Shown here: piece after piece, positions 13,549 through 28,254 of the stretch
Layout: every line of letters begins with the position of its first letter
Numbering within the stretch: the stretch's first letter is position 1
NCBI GenBank assembly: GCA_964016885.1
Contig: OZ024755.1
Location: 24,552,001 to 24,616,000, forward strand
Reading direction: 5' to 3'
DNA length: 64,000 bases
Source: Eledone cirrhosa
Taxonomy: Eukaryota
Program-made: the position numbers and the translations under genes
Notes under the pieces: generated by a model
Databases searched by the model: none
Seen by the model: only the letters and a program-made list of their open reading frames with translations
Told to the model about the DNA's origin: nothing

Positions 13549-13712
13549 GGCGCAGGAATGACTTTGTTGATAAAGAGTTAACTTAGCAACTTCATGGTTC
13601 TGTGTTCAGTCGAACAGGGCGGTAACTTGACCAAATGTCTTCGACTATAACCTCGGCTTGACTAATGGCTTGTCAATGGAATATCGTAGACTGAAACTGC
13701 AGAAGGTCGTCA
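13548..13712 (+). mobile_element. Decayed tRNA-derived CORE-type SINE
   Basis: GGCGCAGGA 5' end, tRNA-like head, AAATGTCTTCGACTATAACC core-like block. Confidence 0.55.
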
Positions 13713-14000
13713 CTGATTGTTGTTTTACTGGGAAGGCTGCGGTATGGTGTTAAAGGGCGTGTTTATATTTAATTTATGACTGGTATGGTTTATATATGGA
13801 GGATGGGGGTGATTGTAGGATTATGGCTTACGTTTGTGGATAGCATGGGATTGGTGTAGATTTGTTTACGTTCTAGTTAAGGCAATTGGTGATCTTAGTT
13901 ATACACACACACACATACTCATGCACATATACATAACACACATACATACACACATATACACACGCACATACGTATAAACATAGACACACACACACACACA

Positions 14001-14032
<32 letters not shown>

Positions 14033-14289
14033 TGAGTATTTTAGACTTTATTTTATCATGAGTTAAGGCTCTATTGATTTTTCCCTGAATTTCACTAAAT
14101 TCTGTTGGATGAATCTATATCCTGATTCTTTTTGAATTGAGTTTGAATTATTTTTCCCACATCTTACGTTAACTATTTTCCCATTTTGACGCTATAGTCA
14201 CTTATATATTATGAAATACTCTTGGCTTCTTGCTCATAATAATTTCTATACTTTTCATTTATATGTATATATATATATATGATGGACTC

Positions 14290-15100
14290 TCCCGTCGATT
14301 TCGGCGTATGAGGATCCATACAACCAATGGAAGTTTATGTCGAGTATGACATTTTAGTCCTGCCTAGGATTTACAAGCAATTCCCCTGATCGGACTGTGC
14401 AAGGATGTGGATTACTGGATAATGTTGCTGGCGATTTTACTAATGTTTTTGCACTCCCCCCCCTCTCTTGCGTCTTGTAGCAGATGGATACAACCGAATT
14501 CGAAGTTCTTGATCCCATTATAACACATAGATCTCCAATCCTTCCGTTCTAATGCCACTTGCTCAAATATCTCATAAGGTTGCTGAAAGGTTACTCTTCA
14601 GCTTGTCTTTATACCTGAACCATATATCCACTATCAAGCTGACTGTACATGAGGACTTTTGGAATTCTTTCGTCACTCATTGTGAGGACATGAGCAAACC
14701 TGCATAGTTGTGATTGCATAAGAAAGATCTTAATGCCTCCAATTTTGCACTTAGTGAAGAGGCCAACGTTAGATATTTTGTCTTCGAGTTTGTACCCACA
14801 TATTAACCAAAGACAGCCTTTATAAAAGACAACTAGTTGGTTGATGTATGACCTATTTAGAGTCCAAGATCCTGATCCATATAATAGGGTGGTCAGTACA
14901 ATAGCTTTATAAACCTGTGTCTTGGTGTCTAGTTTTATACCTCTTTCCTTCCAAAGGCGATGACGGAGCATGCCAAATACATTCGTGGCTTTCCCTATAC
15001 GGTTGGTTATCTAATCATCCAGACATGCATTTGAGTTCACCTTAATGTCAAGATAAGTGAACGATTTCACATACTTGAAATTCTTCCCATCGAGCTGAAG
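14290..15100 (-). mobile_element. RTE LINE C-terminal/3' fragment
   Basis: LWKERGIKLDTKTQVYKAIVLTTLLYGSGSWT...HVLTMSDERIPKVLMYSQL, characteristic RTE C-terminus; stops upstream. Confidence 0.85.
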
Positions 15101-15345
15101 AGATTAACTTCATTATAGAGATGTATTCTGTATTGTGGAGATATTTACTTCATTATAAAGGTATATTCCGTATTGTGGAGATATTAAATTCGTTGTAGAG
15201 TAGATGGATATATCTAATTCTGACGATATTAACTTCGTTATAAAGGTATATTCCGTATTGTGGAAATAATAACTTCGATATAAAGGTATATTCCGTATTC
15301 CTAAGATATTAACTTCGTTATAGAGGTGTATTCTGTCCTGTTTAA
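15100..15345. repeat. ~40-bp minisatellite, ~6 copies
   Basis: Unit GATATTAACTTCGTTATAAAGGTATATTCCGTATTGTGGA. Confidence 0.8.
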
Positions 15346-16316
15346 ACGAAGTTTACAATATTTAACCTATTACGTGTCTTGCATACTGATATAAAGCCGA
15401 TAAGTTTACCTAACCATTACAGTCACACTACCATCACTACTACCACAACGCAAACTCTACTACCATCACTACTAGCATCACTACTGCCACAACAACAACT
15501 ATCACAATAGTAGTTCGACAACTACTACTATCACAACAACACAACTATTCAACCACCTCTACCACAGCCTCAACAGGCAGCTATCCATGTCTTAACATCA
15601 AATAATTTGTTTATCATTACAACACACGGCCACTGTGAAAGCACTAACTCAACCTCTACTACACCAACCAGTACACAATAACCACTACCATAACAACAGC
15701 ACAAATACCACTACCACAACCCCTACACACAAACCACTACACAACAACAACACAAACACTACTACCACAACTACTACACAACAACAGTACAAACACTAGT
15801 ATTACAACCACTACACAACATCCACTGCACAACAACCACTTTTGTCGCAACAGCACAAAACTCCACTATTACAACCACGACCACGACCACCACCACCAAA
15901 CCACCACCTCTACTACCAGCATCGCCACCACTACCACTACCGCCACCATTCCAACCACTATTACCACCACCAACACCAACACTACCACTACCACCGTCAT
16001 CCCCACCACTACCTCTACTACCAGCACCCCCACCACCACCACCACCACTACATCTACCAAAGTCATCCTACCACTACTACCACCACCACCGTTATCTCCA
16101 CCACTACAACTACCTATACCATTGCACTCCCCTTCTTGCACCCACTCCACCCTCCACACACACTGCACCATCCCCTCCCCTGACACCAACTAACAGTTTC
16201 TCTGCACCAGTGCAGGCAAACAACTCCACTGGTGCAGTAAACTTGTCTTTAACATCTCATGTGCAAATATATTTTCCAGTGCATATATGTGCATCTCTAC
16301 ACATATATATATATAC

Positions 16317-16389
<73 letters not shown>

Positions 16390-16595
16390 TGTATATATGT
16401 CTACGCATGAGTGTATATATATATTTATATATATATATATATATATATATAGGCATATGTGAGAAAATTTTACTTTTTATATGTGTGTGTATATGTATGT
16501 GTGATATGTATCTGCACATGAGTGTGTATATATGTGTATATGTGGGAATACTTCATTTTGTATATCTCTGAGTGTCTCTGTATATATGCATGTAA

Positions 16596-16734
<139 letters not shown>

Positions 16735-16876
16735 TTATAATTGTGACTGCGCTTGATGCTGTATTTGTGAGCACAAGCTAGAATGCCTTGATGTCGACGT
16801 GTATATGCATGTGAATTGCTTGATATGTGTATATGTCACAGACAGACACGCGTGTGTGTGTATGTGGTGATAGCAC

Positions 16877-17115
16877 GTGGGCCGGTGGTTAGTGTGCTGG
16901 AATCACAATTGTGAGATTGTGAGTTCAATTCCAGAACCGGGCGATCCCCTGTGTCCTTGGGCAAGAGACTATGGACGACATCGGTGTCGTGGGGAGGACT
17001 GATCGTTTAGCATAGGCCACTGCTGGTCTTCCACAAAACAGCTTGTTAGGGCTTCTACATCGGAACTTTCGAGATGCAAACCACATGGTCATTCGTGAAC
17101 GAAGAATATCTTTAT

Positions 17116-17120
<5 letters not shown>
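16877..17120 (+). mobile_element. tRNA-derived SINE
   Basis: GTGGTTAGTGTG A-box-like, GAGTTCAATTCC B box, TGTGTCCTTGGGCAAG core. Confidence 0.65.
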
Positions 17121-17204
<84 letters not shown>

Positions 17205-17280
17205 CGTTAACAGTAATGTACTGTGGCTAGTGCTGAAGAAATTGGTTGTTAACCATGAGTATATGCAGATCCGGGTTAAT

Positions 17281-17342
17281 TTTGGTTGAACCCTATCGGA
17301 ATCATTTTCAGTTGAAAATGGTTCTGATAGGGTTCAACCAAA
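17281..17342. repeat. 62-bp near-perfect palindrome
   Basis: TTTGGTTGAACCCTATCGGAATCATTTTCAG|TTGAAAATGGTTCTGATAGGGTTCAACCAAA. Confidence 0.9.
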
Positions 17343-17354
17343 TTGATTGATTTT

Positions 17355-17915
17355 ACATGTGACGATTTTTGGTCTCACAATTAATTTGGGGAAATAAATG
17401 TTGTAATACACCAACCAGCCCTTAGAAATCAAATCAGCGCACCTCAGATACTGGTTAAGGGCGGAGTTCCTAAAGTAGGACTTCTTTTGAATACCTGAGT
17501 AGCCTGGTTGATGGAAACTTAGACACGGAAATCACTTCTTGCATTCACGGGGCAGCAAAAGCCTTTGGCAGCCTAGAATATAAAGTCTGGTCCCAGCATC
17601 ATATCAAAGTTGACACCAAGATCATGGTATATGATCATAGTGTACTGCTGTATTTTTCTGAAACTTAGACAATATATTCGCTCATGTAAAAATGTTGGTC
17701 AGATTTTACCACAAATGCCTCCCCCAGATACTCAGAATAAATCGGTCCTCACTGTCTCCCGAAACTGAGGTTTGGATGAAGCTAGGGTCACATCAATCCA
17801 AGCAATGCTTATTAGGAATCAACTACGATGTACAGGTCATCTCATTTGTATGGATGATGAACTCATTCCCAAGCAAATATTTTATGGTGAGCTTGTATTG
17901 GGAAAGAGAAAACAA
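17355..17915 (+). mobile_element. Decayed RTE LINE fragment
   Basis: Frameshifted remnants FGLTINLGK, AAKAFGSLEYKVWSQHHIKVDTKIMVY, RFYHKCLPQILRI, GHLICMDDELIPKQIFYGEL. Confidence 0.75.
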
Positions 17916-17945
17916 TAGCAAGGAGGAGACAATCACAACACCATG

Positions 17946-18016
<71 letters not shown>

Positions 18017-18169
18017 CGTAAAATAAGAAAATTATAAAATTAACTTACTTTAGATAAAATTAACTTACTAAGACAAAACCTATATATTTGCTAGCATTGA
18101 TATGCATCTGTATGTATATATATGTTACTAGATATTAATTCTTTATATATATATATATATATATATATA

Positions 18170-18609
18170 GTTTTGCGAGGTTTTTGATATGAAATCGTGT
18201 GTCGAAACAAATATTGTTATACTTGGGGAGGGTCATATTGTTGTAATAATATTGCCAGAATTAATAACAGAACACACTCACTGTTTGGTTGGTTTTCGCT
18301 TCTGTATCTTTTATATCAGTTAATTTAAAAAATGGCGTAAACATACAATACAACAGGAGGAAACATAATAGCACCACTGACGATGCTGCATATATGCAAC
18401 GAAAGAACTTTGTTCGACTATATATATCTGTTTGTGTCTATATTATATCTGTATTTTTAACCGTTGGTCAGTCAATGGTAAACATTTAGGACCGAAAAAA
18501 TTAAATTAACTGATATAAAAGATACAGAAGCGAATACCAACCAAACAGTGAGTGTATTCTCTTATTAATTCTGGCATTATTATTACAACAATATAACCCT
18601 CCCCAAGTA

Positions 18610-18613
<4 letters not shown>
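18170..18613 (-). mobile_element. (TA)n-embedded fold-back element with hammerhead in the spacer
   Basis: ~112-bp inverted arms 18216-18327 / 18501-18613; hammerhead core CTGACGA 18377-18383, stem II TGCAT/ATGCA, GAAA 18401-18404. Confidence 0.8.
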
Positions 18614-18665
<52 letters not shown>

Positions 18666-18666
18666 T

Positions 18667-18715
18667 CTTGTCTGATGATCTTGCGAGTACACAGGTGAAA
18701 CTCCAAAGTTGCAAG
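18667..18715 (+). ncRNA. Type I hammerhead ribozyme (complete core), minimal insert in (TA)n
   Basis: CTTGT-CTGATGA-TCTTGcgagtacaCAGGT-GAA-ACTccaaAGT-T-GCAAG; all three stems pair; GUU triplet. Confidence 0.85.
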
Positions 18716-18745
18716 GGTCACTGCTTAGCCATAATAAATGAATAT

Positions 18746-18795
<50 letters not shown>

Positions 18796-19227
18796 ATAGG
18801 TTTTTGTACAAATATTTCTCTAATTCTATTAGCTTTATGCCTACGTATGCAACGAAAATGAAAACGAGGCTCTATAAATGCGTAGTAAACTCAGATCAGT
18901 AGTGAAGAGGTGCGACTGTACATCACCTCTGTACTAACATCTCCGAATAGAGGAACCAATGTCTCATCAGGGGGTGAAGTAACTCTGTAGTTCTTGCGGA
19001 ACATTCCACCCCTAATACATTCGAACGCAACCAACCACAACATTTACCGGAAGAAAACAGCTTGAAACGTACACGCATGAACACACACACATACACACAT
19101 CCCCCTCTCTCCCTCTCTCTCACTCACTCTCTCACTCTCTCTCTCTCTATATATATAACATACACACACTCACTTCAAAAAAAACCTTCGTGCATATAGC
19201 CATCTATGCATATGTGTATCAATATTA

Positions 19228-19265
19228 GAAACGGCTTGAGCTCAGCCGTCGGGGTCCTACTCGTT

Positions 19266-19270
<5 letters not shown>
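19228..19270 (+). mobile_element. Isolated arm of fold-back family B ending in (TA)n
   Basis: Matches the sense arm at 51637-51678. Confidence 0.75.
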
Positions 19271-19302
<32 letters not shown>

Positions 19303-19305
<3 letters not shown>

Positions 19306-19484
19306 CAGTTAATCGACTTTCGTCAAATCGGACCGAGGAAACAATGTTTCCATTGGTCTTTCTAATTGCTAATACTCTCTATCGGTCGCAACTCCAGGTA
19401 GAAGGAGCAACGTGAAATAAAGTGTCTTGCTGAAGGACATAACGCATCGCCTGGCCCTAAAATCGAACTCACAATCTCACGATT
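19303..19484 (-). mobile_element. tRNA-derived SINE (TA-abutting family)
   Basis: Matches 7776-7992 and 56900-57112. Confidence 0.75.
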
Positions 19485-19485
19485 T

Positions 19486-19630
19486 CTGTTTCAAAAGCTA
19501 GATCCGAACTCAGTTGAAACGGCAGGAGCTCAGCCGTCGGGGTCCCGCATTTTTCATATTACTCACTCTACTATCCCAAGTATCGAGTACTCTGGTGAGT
19601 AATGGTCTATCTGGCTTTTACCGCATCCAT

Positions 19631-19636
<6 letters not shown>
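19486..19636 (+). mobile_element. Diverged family B element (hammerhead 3' half plus tail)
   Basis: GAAACGGCAGGAGCTCAGCCGTCGGGG; ACTC-TACT...AGTA-TC-GAGT at 19565-19588; ends in (TA)n. Confidence 0.7.
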
Positions 19637-19678
<42 letters not shown>

Positions 19679-19686
19679 AACCATTA

Positions 19687-19722
<36 letters not shown>

Positions 19723-19730
19723 AACCATTA

Positions 19731-19767
<37 letters not shown>

Positions 19768-19790
19768 GTCTTCAAATTTATTATTATTAC

Positions 19791-19831
<41 letters not shown>

Positions 19832-19834
19832 ATA

Positions 19835-19911
19835 CAGGATTTCCCCAAAAACTGTATACACACTTCAATAGTATTCTGATAAATATGTGCAAACACTTTT
19901 GGGACCCTCTA
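19835..19911. mobile_element. Tc1/mariner-type MITE, decayed
   Basis: Same family as 53563-53662 and 63250-63357. Confidence 0.6.
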
Positions 19912-19994
19912 TATAATAAATGTAGGTATGAATATATATACATAAAAATAGACACATCTCTATATACACACACAGATATATAATAAATAACTAA

Positions 19995-20109
<115 letters not shown>

Positions 20110-20400
20110 CGCGTGTTTGCCTCTCTGTGTGTGTGTGTGTTTGCCTCTGTGTGTGTGTGTGAGTTTGCCTCTGTGTGTATATTTGAGTGTATGTATGTGT
20201 ATGTCTGTATGTATGCATAAATGTGAGTGTGTTTCTCTGTGTTATGAAAACCTATATTATGCTATTTCTATAATGACGATATATTAAATCAAGTGCAGTA
20301 TAGCTGTATATTTTGCAGCCAGCCGAATCGCCAACCGGGTTTCGGTTCCCATGATGGGTCCGCTTCAATTGCTTTCTCAATGCCGCTGAGAGCAGGATTT

Positions 20401-20447
<47 letters not shown>

Positions 20448-20520
20448 ATATCACTATATATATATATATATCAATATCACTATATATATATATATATATA
20501 TCACTATATATATATATCAC

Positions 20521-20614
<94 letters not shown>

Positions 20615-20630
20615 TGTATATGTGTGTATG

Positions 20631-20684
<54 letters not shown>

Positions 20685-20690
20685 TGTATG

Positions 20691-20795
<105 letters not shown>

Positions 20796-20980
20796 TGAGA
20801 CGTGGGGGAGAGAGGCAGAACTAAAATAAAAGTCTCAAATGTAAGGAGAGAAATTAGTGAGAGTCTGGGGATATTTGAACTGACATCACAGGTCAACGCC
20901 CTACTACATATACACAAACACGTACCCACCTACACACACACATATATATATATATATGCGTGTGCATGTATGTATGTGTG

Positions 20981-21015
<35 letters not shown>

Positions 21016-21099
21016 GAATAACAATTATATGATTACATTATCAATTTTGATAATAACCCTGGGGATGATTATGAGGAGTCTCAACTTTCCGCTAACAGA

Positions 21100-21423
21100 T
21101 AAATAGATAGATAGATTTCTTTATTAGCCACAAGGGCGCACAAGAAAAGGGGACAATACAAAGCCACATGCCGGGGATTTTCCACACAGTAGTGTAAAAA
21201 AAAATATATAAAACAAACAATTATAACAATCGAAATCCCCAATAGGGGGGAAACGCCACACATGGGTTGTTTAATACCCCGTCGATAGAACAACCCTCAA
21301 CTTCAGGAGCGTGTTGTGCAAGTGCTCCCTTCTTCCTTTTGCTCTTTTCTTTAACGTACAGGCTTATAAACAGAGAAGGCCCCAATCACTCGGGCCATTT
21401 TTGCTACATTCACCCACCTTTCA
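21100..21423 (-). mobile_element. Tx1/L1-like LINE 3' end next to (GATA)n
   Basis: Minus strand ERWVNVAKMARVIGPSLFISL plus 3' UTR ending AATAAAGAA(ATCT)n; a shorter copy lies at 21555-21625. Confidence 0.7.
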
Positions 21424-21624
21424 GTAAATTTACTGGGGTGCAGTGCCTCTCTCCACTCTGATTCTCCTTCTAAAGTGATACTTAAAGAAGGGAATCAATT
21501 GTTGTCCGGATAAATAGATAGATAGATAAATAGATAGATAGATAGATAGATAGATTTCTTTATTTGCCACAAGGGCGCACAAGAAAGGGGGACAATACAA
21601 GGACATATGCCGGAGATTTTACAT

Positions 21625-21686
<62 letters not shown>

Positions 21687-21899
21687 ATAGACAGACAGAT
21701 AGATAGACCGACACGTGAACGGAAAGATAAGCAGTCAGATAGATAGATAGACAGTTTGATAAATAGTTAGATAAGGATAAAATTAAAGAGAGAGAGAGTG
21801 AGATGTCAGCAGTTTGGCTTTCATGAATTCTTTTGATGTTTTCTTTTCACGCACACACACTCTATCTCTCTCTCTCTCACACACATACACACTCTCTCT

Positions 21900-21941
<42 letters not shown>

Positions 21942-22556
21942 GTATGTATGTATATGTTTGTGTTTGTGTGTGCCGTTGGACTTCCGTCAGCTACAGCGAC
22001 CAGTGTTCCGTTTGTATGAACAACTAAACCGCCTGCTCATGATATTAACATGTAAGTGTATGAATATTCCACGGGCACGTGTACCATTAACATAGCTCTC
22101 GCAGAGATTCAACGTGGCTATGCGTGATAAGGTTGTTCCTATGAACATCAAGTATATGTGACTTAGTATTCCACAGTCACATGTACACCATGTTCTCTTG
22201 GATATCCACTGTGAATTTGTATGACAAGGCTGGCTCTTTTAATTACAGCTACAATCCACCCGATGGGCTTTCAAACAGTTTCTTTCAACTAAATTTCACT
22301 CGCAAGTGTTGATCATTAAGCAATGAGAGAAAGGAAGGTGAGAGAAGAGAGAGACTCGACACCCCAGTCTGAGCGGTGATTCGGTCGAGTTGAACATTCC
22401 ATAAACTCTGTATCCTTAACGTAATTCAGGGAGATTCAGCGTTACATTGTGTATGACAAGGATGGTCGTTGGAATTTGAGATACTTTTTATCTTGTATTA
22501 TAGCACTAGGATAACTGCTGGTTTGTGCCAAAAGTAGAAACAATTATAATATAATG

Positions 22557-22707
22557 GGTGGTGGATTGGCATTATCAGTAGAGGGTCGGACGCCATGCTT
22601 TGCAGCATAGATTTACGGCCCTTTAGGGTTTGAGTTCAAATCCCGTCGAGGTTAACTTTACCTTTCATCCTTACGGGGTCGATAAAATAAAGCACCAGTA
22701 ATGCAGT
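22557..22707 (+). mobile_element. Main-family SINE
   Basis: Family consensus match. Confidence 0.85.
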
Positions 22708-23289
22708 AAGAATTCAAGAAGATGTTCCAGATAGTAACTCTTGAAAATTCGTCATCCAGCTCAGCTATAAGTTGGCTGGCTAAAGCATTGTTCTGTTTAA
22801 GGAACAACTTAAGCTTACATCATGTAAATCAAGAGAGCTAAACAAAAGTAACTTTTTTGGTTATATATTTCATTTATAAAAAGTGTTTCTTTCTTTAACA
22901 CCGATATTATTGTGTCTTTAGAACGTATTCCGTCTGCTTATTTTCATTTCAATTCGTTCTGTTGTCTGGTTTCCACATTGGATTCAGTAAAGTAAACAGA
23001 AAAGACAATATACTATAGACCAGATTTTAAAAAAATGGTCATAAATAAAAAGATGTGTATGTGTGCAACTTCTGAATATTGTTCGATTGACCTATGATTC
23101 GGCATACGAGTATATCGTTAATTCATAAACTGAACGGGTACAACCGACATGAGATGACTGGCGAATAGTTTGCAAAATGGAACATCCTAATATACATATT
23201 ATGTATAGGTCCATATATAATGTTTTTTATATAATATGCATATAGATTATAGGTCTATATATATATATGTTTGTATATAATCTATCTAT

Positions 23290-23592
23290 CTAGGCGGGTA
23301 AAATTCCCTAGATCCATAGACGAGTTCTCTCCAGCGGTCTCTGTCCATCATTATCGCTGCTATGTCCAGCGTCTCCAAGAGAGCTGTGTCTGTCCTTAGG
23401 GCATCAACATATGTCAACCTCGGTCTCCCTCTTCTAGTGTATCCGTGTAGGGGCTCCCACAGGAGCACTAAGCGCAGTGCCAACTCTGAATGTCGGTGAA
23501 CATGTCCAGCTAACCTCAGTCTCCTCTGTGTTATTATCGAGCTGACTTTTGGAAGGCATCCGTACAGCTCTGAGTTCTTCATCCTCAGTGTA
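23290..23592 (-). mobile_element. RTE LINE 3' fragment
   Basis: NSELYGCLPKVSSIITQRRLRLAGHVHRH...LWEPLHGYTRRGRPRLTYVDAL...DRDRWR. Confidence 0.85.
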
Positions 23593-23899
23593 TACTGATT
23601 AATATACATATATATATGTCCATATACAATATGCTTATATATGATATACATAATATATATAGGTCAATATACAATATGTTTTATATAATAACGATAGCTA
23701 GTATCTGAATATTTAAAGCTAGAATCGCATACGAGCAACTTTGATATGAAGAAACACATAAATAAACGATAAGATAAAGAGACGGAGAATAATGATATTA
23801 ACATGTTGTATTCTGCTTGTTTACTTCATCGATTAACAGGTCATTACATAAATCGATCTATTGGGAAAAGACGTTCAGAGGAAAGCAGGAAAACAATAA

Positions 23900-24370
23900 T
23901 GTTGGTGGCGGCGTTTATGGTTTTAGTGTTGGTGGTGGTGTTGCTGGTGGTGGTGATGTTGATATTGATGGTGGTGGTGTTGGTGGTGTTGGTAGTGGTA
24001 GTGGTGTTGGTAGTGATGGTGGTGTTGGTGGTGTTGGTGTTGATGATAGTGATGGTAGTGATGGTGGTGGTGGTGTTGGTGGTGGTAGTGGTGTTGGTAG
24101 TGATGGTGGTGTTGGTGGTGGTCGTGTTGGTAGTGTTGGTGGTGGTGGTGTTGGTGTTGGTGGTGGTCGTGTTGGTGTTGATGATAGTGATGGTGGTGGT
24201 GTTGGTGGTGTTGGTATTGGTAGTGTTGGTGGTGGTGGTGTTGGTGTTGGTGGTGGTCGTGTTGGTGTTGATTATAGTGATGGTAGTGATGGTGGTGGTG
24301 TTGGTGTTGGTAGTGTTGGTGGTGGTGGTGTTGGTGTTGGTGGTGGTGGTGTTGGTGTTGGTGGTGTTGT
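23900..24370. repeat. Degenerate (GGT/GTT/GAT)n array
   Basis: Direct reading. Confidence 0.9.
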
Positions 24371-24466
24371 TCCAGGTCAAATCAGTTATTTTATTGGAGA
24401 GTTGAAAAAAAAAACTCACATCTACTTTGACATGAATAACAACAACAAAAGACCGTCTCAGATACA

Positions 24467-24525
<59 letters not shown>

Positions 24526-24543
24526 CACTACTACTACTACTAT

Positions 24544-24636
<93 letters not shown>

Positions 24637-25293
24637 CGCTAACTGTCCATACTATATACATTTGAATTAATAAATCTGTTTTCTTTTTATATTCTTTGCT
24701 AAATCATTAAAGGATATTAAAATATAGTGGAAACGTAGAGTTTATAACAATCTTCACTTTACTTTCCCCAGTCACCCGAGAGGGGTCAAACAGATTTTCT
24801 TGGAGTATATTTTACATTGTTAATGACCTTAAAATATGTATTGGCCTTTGATAATCTTATTTAGTTTTCCTTCTTTATGTCTCAGAAAAATAATCAATTA
24901 TTGTTCATCAATAAACTAAGATTGTTCAAAGAAAACTACAAACTACACTCTATATATTGGATTTTTAACATGGACAGACAGAGACAAATACACACATATA
25001 TGTATGAATATATATATATATACACATATATATATATATATATATATTATATATGTATTATATATGTATTATATATGTATTATATAGATTATATATATAA
25101 TGTATATATAATATATAGATTATATATATAATGTATATATAATATATAGATTATATATATAATGTATATATATATATATTATATATTTATTATATATATT
25201 ATATATGTATTATATATATAATATATATATAATATAAATTATTATTATTATATATATATATATATATATACATATGATATATTATATATTATA

Positions 25294-25376
<83 letters not shown>

Positions 25377-25381
<5 letters not shown>

Positions 25382-25714
25382 ATATTAAATAAATGGAAAC
25401 TATATTTATAAAACCATATTTATTTTATTATATATATTTCAAGGGCAACCAAGACAACATTGGTACGCTTTCATCAGATAAAATACAAAGTATGTTTTAT
25501 AAATAGAGACATACCCATGAAAATCATTTATCTGATGAAAGCGTACCAATATTGTCTTGGTTGCCCTTGAAATATATATAATAAAATAAATATGGTTTTA
25601 TAAATATAGTTTAATATCATTGAATATTTACTCCAGTAAACTGTTGAGTGCTCTAAATCAGTTATAAACATTTATGTTTGTCGGACTTCCAACAAATTAA
25701 ATACAACTTCTACT
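25377..25714 (+). mobile_element. (TA)n-embedded fold-back hammerhead element
   Basis: Inverted arms 25377-25482 / 25527-25622; hammerhead in both arms; ACTC/GAGT hairpin 25630-25649. Confidence 0.85.
25527..25587 (+). ncRNA. Type I hammerhead ribozyme (mirror copy on minus strand ~25421-25485)
   Basis: TTTAT-CTGATGA-AAGcgtACCAAtattgtcTTGGTtgccCTT-GAA-ATATATAT-A-ATAAA. Confidence 0.85.
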
Positions 25715-25796
<82 letters not shown>

Positions 25797-26196
25797 CATA
25801 CATACATATATGTATGTATGTATAATGAGAAATGTGCTAACAGCCGAGGTGTCACAAACGTATATCTGTGTTTATACAGAATAGTTAACCGAAACTGTAC
25901 CAGAATAATATTTAGAGAGAATGTGTATATAAGACAATTAAATATATGTCTACTTATGGTTGTTAGGATGATATACATGCCTTCTGTGGAGGGCCCGATT
26001 AGGCCCGGAAAATGGATTAAAGATATTTATCATTTTTTTTCAATTTACAAGGAACTTCGTATTTGTTGGCGTGTTTACATGTCTACGTGTTAAATATGTG
26101 TATATTTATATACACATTGCTGCAATCTTAGTTATACACTCTGTTGTATTGTCTCCCATAATGTTTTGTGACCGATTCTCTAGAAGACACACACAA

Positions 26197-26255
<59 letters not shown>

Positions 26256-26386
26256 GTATATATATATATATATATGTTTGTAGACACACAGACACACACA
26301 CATATATATACACACACATACACACACACATATATACATATATATATATATATATGTAATATATAAAGATAGATACACACACATAT

Positions 26387-26417
<31 letters not shown>

Positions 26418-26570
26418 ATGTAATATATAAAGATAGATACACACACACACACACCCACACCCACACCCACACATATATATATATTTAACTTATTACAAGT
26501 AAAAGGGGTTGCTTGCTCAAGCAATCAACCGACGGTAATAAACACACACACACACACACACGCCCCCTCC

Positions 26571-26647
<77 letters not shown>

Positions 26648-26857
26648 GACTGTGTGTGTGTGTGTATACATGTATATACACATGTAAGCATATGTACAGT
26701 TAAGTTCAAACCTTTGTTTTTCTGGTGTGTGTAGGTGGGTGTGTTTGTGTGTCAGTAGTTACGGCTTAGTGGCGCCACCTATCTTCTATGTAATGAATGT
26801 GGCATGATCTTTTAACCCTTGTCTTGAAACTGACCTTCTACCCATCTCCTCCTCCTT

Positions 26858-26874
26858 ATCACCATAATAATCAC

Positions 26875-26906
<32 letters not shown>

Positions 26907-27125
26907 CAATCACCATCATCATCATCATCAGCATCATCATCATCACAATCACCATCATCATCATCATCATCATCATCACCATCTTCATCGCCATCATAAC
27001 TATTATGATCACCATCATCATCATCATCATCATCATCATCGTCACCATCATCATCTTCATCACCATCTTCATCGCCATTATCATCATCACCTTCATCATC
27101 AACATCATCCTCTTCCTCCTCCCTC

Positions 27126-27164
<39 letters not shown>

Positions 27165-27558
27165 CCCTTACCATCATGCTCATCACCACTATTATCACCA
27201 TTATCATCGCCATCATCATCATCATTACCATCATCACCGTCACAATCATCATCATCACCATTATTATCAACATCACAATCATCACCACTCCACACAATCC
27301 ACCACCACCACCACCACCACCATCACCAGCACCATCATCAGCACCAGCACCAATGCCACCACCACCATTCCCCACCACCAGCACCAGCACCAGCACCAGC
27401 ACCAGCACCAATGCCACCAGCACCAGCACCAGCACCAATACCACCACCACCACCATCACCACCACCACCACCACCATCACCACCACCACCACCAGCACCA
27501 ATGCCACCACCACCATTACCACCACCACCACCACTAATACCACCACCACCACCACTAT
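26858..27558. repeat. (CAT)n/(CAC)n compound microsatellite
   Basis: Direct reading. Confidence 0.95.
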
Positions 27559-27734
27559 CAGAAAAAGAGAGGTTGTTGCGAGAGTTAGAGAAAGAGGCGA
27601 ATAATTGTTTATAATGAATGCGATATAGCTTGGTGGTTAAGGATGTCAGCTCATGATTGTAAATCTGTGAGTTCGATACCTGATGGCGTTTTGTGTCCTT
27701 GAGCAAAACTCTAATTCATATTGCACATGATCAG

Positions 27735-27918
27735 GGTAGGTGGATTGGCAGTATCGGTAGAGCGTCGGACACCATGCTTTGCAGCACAGAGTTTCGGCTC
27801 TTTATGGGGTTAACCTTACGGGGTTGATAAAATAAAGCTCCAGTGATGTACTGGGGTCGATTTAATCGACTTTCCCCTACCCCAAAATTGCTGGCCTTGT
27901 GCTTATACTAGAAATCAT
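27735..27918 (+). mobile_element. Main-family SINE, long variant with internal deletion
   Basis: Family match; preceded by a second SINE head at 27625-27725. Confidence 0.7.
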
Positions 27919-28254
27919 ATTGGATATAATCACTCATCTCACAGAAATACTTTGTCTCTGTAAGTCAAATGTCTGTAAGTCAAATGTCTTGTCCCCCACT
28001 ATGTCACGCCGGATCTCCCTGATACCTACATTAAGGCTATTCACATCTCGAATATTCACCCATTGATGAACTGTACTTTTCATTCGAATGATCAGCCGTA
28101 TCACTAACTATGCAATGCTGAATCTCCCTGAGAATTAATTTAAGCTTACACGTGTCTATATAAAGCTCAACACGTTAATTTCATGAGCAGCTTCCGTTGT
28201 TCGAACAAGTGGACATTCATCGTCGCAACTGATGTAGGTCCAGCACAGAACCGG

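Noticed and set aside
26786-27614. Asp-, His- or Pro-rich ORFs
   Set aside because: (CAT)n/(CAC)n trinucleotide arrays, open in most frames.
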